Assembly: GCA_947454695.1 (NCBI GenBank)
Contig: CANGMW010000001.1
Coordinates: forward strand, 1-51,418
Length of the DNA stretch: 51,418 bases
From: Comamonadaceae bacterium
GTDB taxonomy: Bacteria > Pseudomonadota > Gammaproteobacteria > Burkholderiales > Burkholderiaceae_C
Direction of reading: 5' to 3'
The translations under genes and the position numbers were made by a program. Position 1 is the first letter of the stretch; each line of letters starts with the position of its first letter. The notes below the pieces were generated by a model. The model saw nothing but the letters and a program-made list of their open reading frames with translations. It had not been told where the DNA came from and made no database searches. Below are positions 50,211 to 51,418 of the stretch, in pieces.

Positions 50211-51094
50211 GCGACTCCAATCTCAGCGACTGCAGTGTTCTTGAACTGATTGAGTCGGGTGCCCGGCAACTCACCCAAGCCCAAGTGGCGTTTGGCCACG
50301 GAACGGCATCTGCTTTTGACGAAGCAGCGTGGTTGGTCCTTTGGTGCCTGGGATTTCCCTTAGATGGCTTGGACTCAGTGCGAGATCAATCGGTCGCACC
50401 GGTGGATCAAGCCCGTGTGCAAACCTTGATTCAAGAGCGCATTCGCACACGCCAACCTGCGGCCTACCTCACCCATGAAGCCTGGCTGATGGGCGTGCCG
50501 TTTTATGTGGATGAGCGCAGCATCGTGCCGCGTTCTTTTATTGCGGAATTGATGGTCAACGGCGCCATCGATTACTGGCTAAGCGACAAAACCCAAAGGG
50601 TGCTTGACCTGTGCACGGGCAATGGCAGTCTGGCGGTTCTGGCAGCCATGACCTACCCTGACATCACCGTGCAGGGTGCTGACATTTCCGATGATGCCTT
50701 GGCCGTGGCGCGCATCAATGTAGACAAACACAGGCTGCAAGACCGCATCACCTTGCTCAAGTCCGACGGACTGTCGCATGTGCACGGGCCCTACGACCTC
50801 ATTCTTTGCAATCCGCCCTATGTCAACGCCAAGAGCATGGCCGCTTTGCCAGCCGAATACCAAGCCGAGCCTGAGCTCGCTTTGGCCGGTGGGGTGGATG
50901 GCATGGATTTCATCCGTCAGTTGTTTAAAGACCTCCCGGCCCAACTCAGCCCACATGGCGTGCTGGTGCTGGAAATTGGCAACGAGCGGGAACATTTCGA
51001 ATTGGCATTCCCAACCCTGGAAGTGGTTTGGCTTGAGACGAGCGCAGGCGAAGATCAGGTTCTATTGCTCACTCAAGACACGCTTCAATCATGA
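50207..51094 (+). CDS. prmB: Ribosomal protein L3 N5-glutamine methyltransferase PrmB
   Basis: '[14 protein letters not shown]', the SAM loop '[13 protein letters not shown]' and 'CNPPYV'. ATG 50207 overlaps the dapE stop (ATGA). Confidence 0.85.
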   Translation: MSDSNLSDCSVLELIESGARQLTQAQVAFGHGTASAFDEAAWLVLWCLGFPLDGLDSVRDQSVAPVDQARVQTLIQERIRTRQPAAYLTHEAWLMGVPFYVDERSIVPRSFIAELMVNGAIDYWLSDKTQRVLDLCTGNGSLAVLAAMTYPDITVQGADISDDALAVARINVDKHRLQDRITLLKSDGLSHVHGPYDLILCNPPYVNAKSMAALPAEYQAEPELALAGGVDGMDFIRQLFKDLPAQLSPHGVLVLEIGNEREHFELAFPTLEVVWLETSAGEDQVLLLTQDTLQS

Positions 51095-51418
51095 TCACTT
51101 TAAAAAATATCACCCTTCGCCGTAGCGCGAAGGTGTTGCTCGACGGCGCTACCGTCACCATCAACCCGGGGGAGAAAGTGGGTTTGGTGGGCCGCAATGG
51201 CGCGGGCAAATCCACACTCTTTGCCCTGCTCAACGGCAACTTGCATGAAGACAGCGGCGAGTATTCCATTCCCGCGCAGTGGCGCATGGGTCAGGTCGCA
51301 CAGGACATGCCCGAGACCACGCAAAGTGCCACCGATTTTGTCGTGCAGGGTGACACCGTGTTGCTGGCCGCTCAGCAGGAAGTGCAAGCGGCTGAAGCCA
51401 CCGAGGATTACGACCGCA
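51091..51418 (+). CDS. ABC-F family ATP-binding protein, N-terminal fragment (3' end outside the window)
   Basis: Not in the ORF track because no stop is reached. My translation from ATG 51091 (overlapping the prmB stop, ATGA) gives [47 protein letters not shown]..., with the Walker A 'GRNGAGKST' typical of YheS/Uup-type ABC-F proteins. Confidence 0.75.
   Translation, partial: MITLKNITLRRSAKVLLDGATVTINPGEKVGLVGRNGAGKSTLFALLNGNLHEDSGEYSIPAQWRMGQVAQDMPETTQSATDFVVQGDTVLLAAQQEVQAAEATEDYDR

Overview
GC-rich, tightly packed chromosomal segment. Protein sequences and gene order (smc-zipA-ligA, dapC-dapD-...-dapE-prmB, cysI-DUF934-cysH-cysD-cysN) suggest a Betaproteobacterium of the Burkholderiales/Comamonadaceae type; this is inference, as no search was run. 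I call 46 protein genes, nearly all core housekeeping. They cover LPS export (lptFG), a CysB-type regulator, hrpA, argA, dsbB, yggX and mnmC. They also cover a sulfate-assimilation operon (TauE-like, cysI, DUF934, cysH, cysD, cysN), fdxA plus a TrxR-like ferredoxin-NADP reductase, and thiamine genes (thiD; thiO-thiS-thiG-thiE). The rest are purL, map, glnD, def, ligA, zipA, smc, the succinylase-branch dap genes, an orphan PilU-like ATPase, prmB and the start of an ABC-F protein. I saw no rRNA, tRNA, CRISPR array, transposase, integrase or phage genes. Most long ORFs antisense to these genes are shadow ORFs. Two loci stand out. (1) A well-formed TPP (THI-box) riboswitch at about 26022-26116 on the + strand has no + strand gene behind it. 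It points into the 3' end of the oppositely oriented thiD, and the thiOSGE operon lies just beyond thiD with only 26 nt between the divergent thiD and thiO start codons. This suggests riboswitch-gated antisense or long-leader transcription. (2) A translationally coupled four-gene operon next to lptFG (1988-5789) encodes a PAP2 phosphatase, an Rv3806c-like polyprenyl-phosphate phosphoribosyltransferase, a GT-C (ArnT/PMT-like) glycosyltransferase and a HAD-IB hydrolase. It resembles the mycobacterial decaprenyl-phospho-pentose donor pathway in a Gram-negative envelope context, with no epimerase gene in the operon. All functional calls come from reading motifs by eye; no database search was possible.
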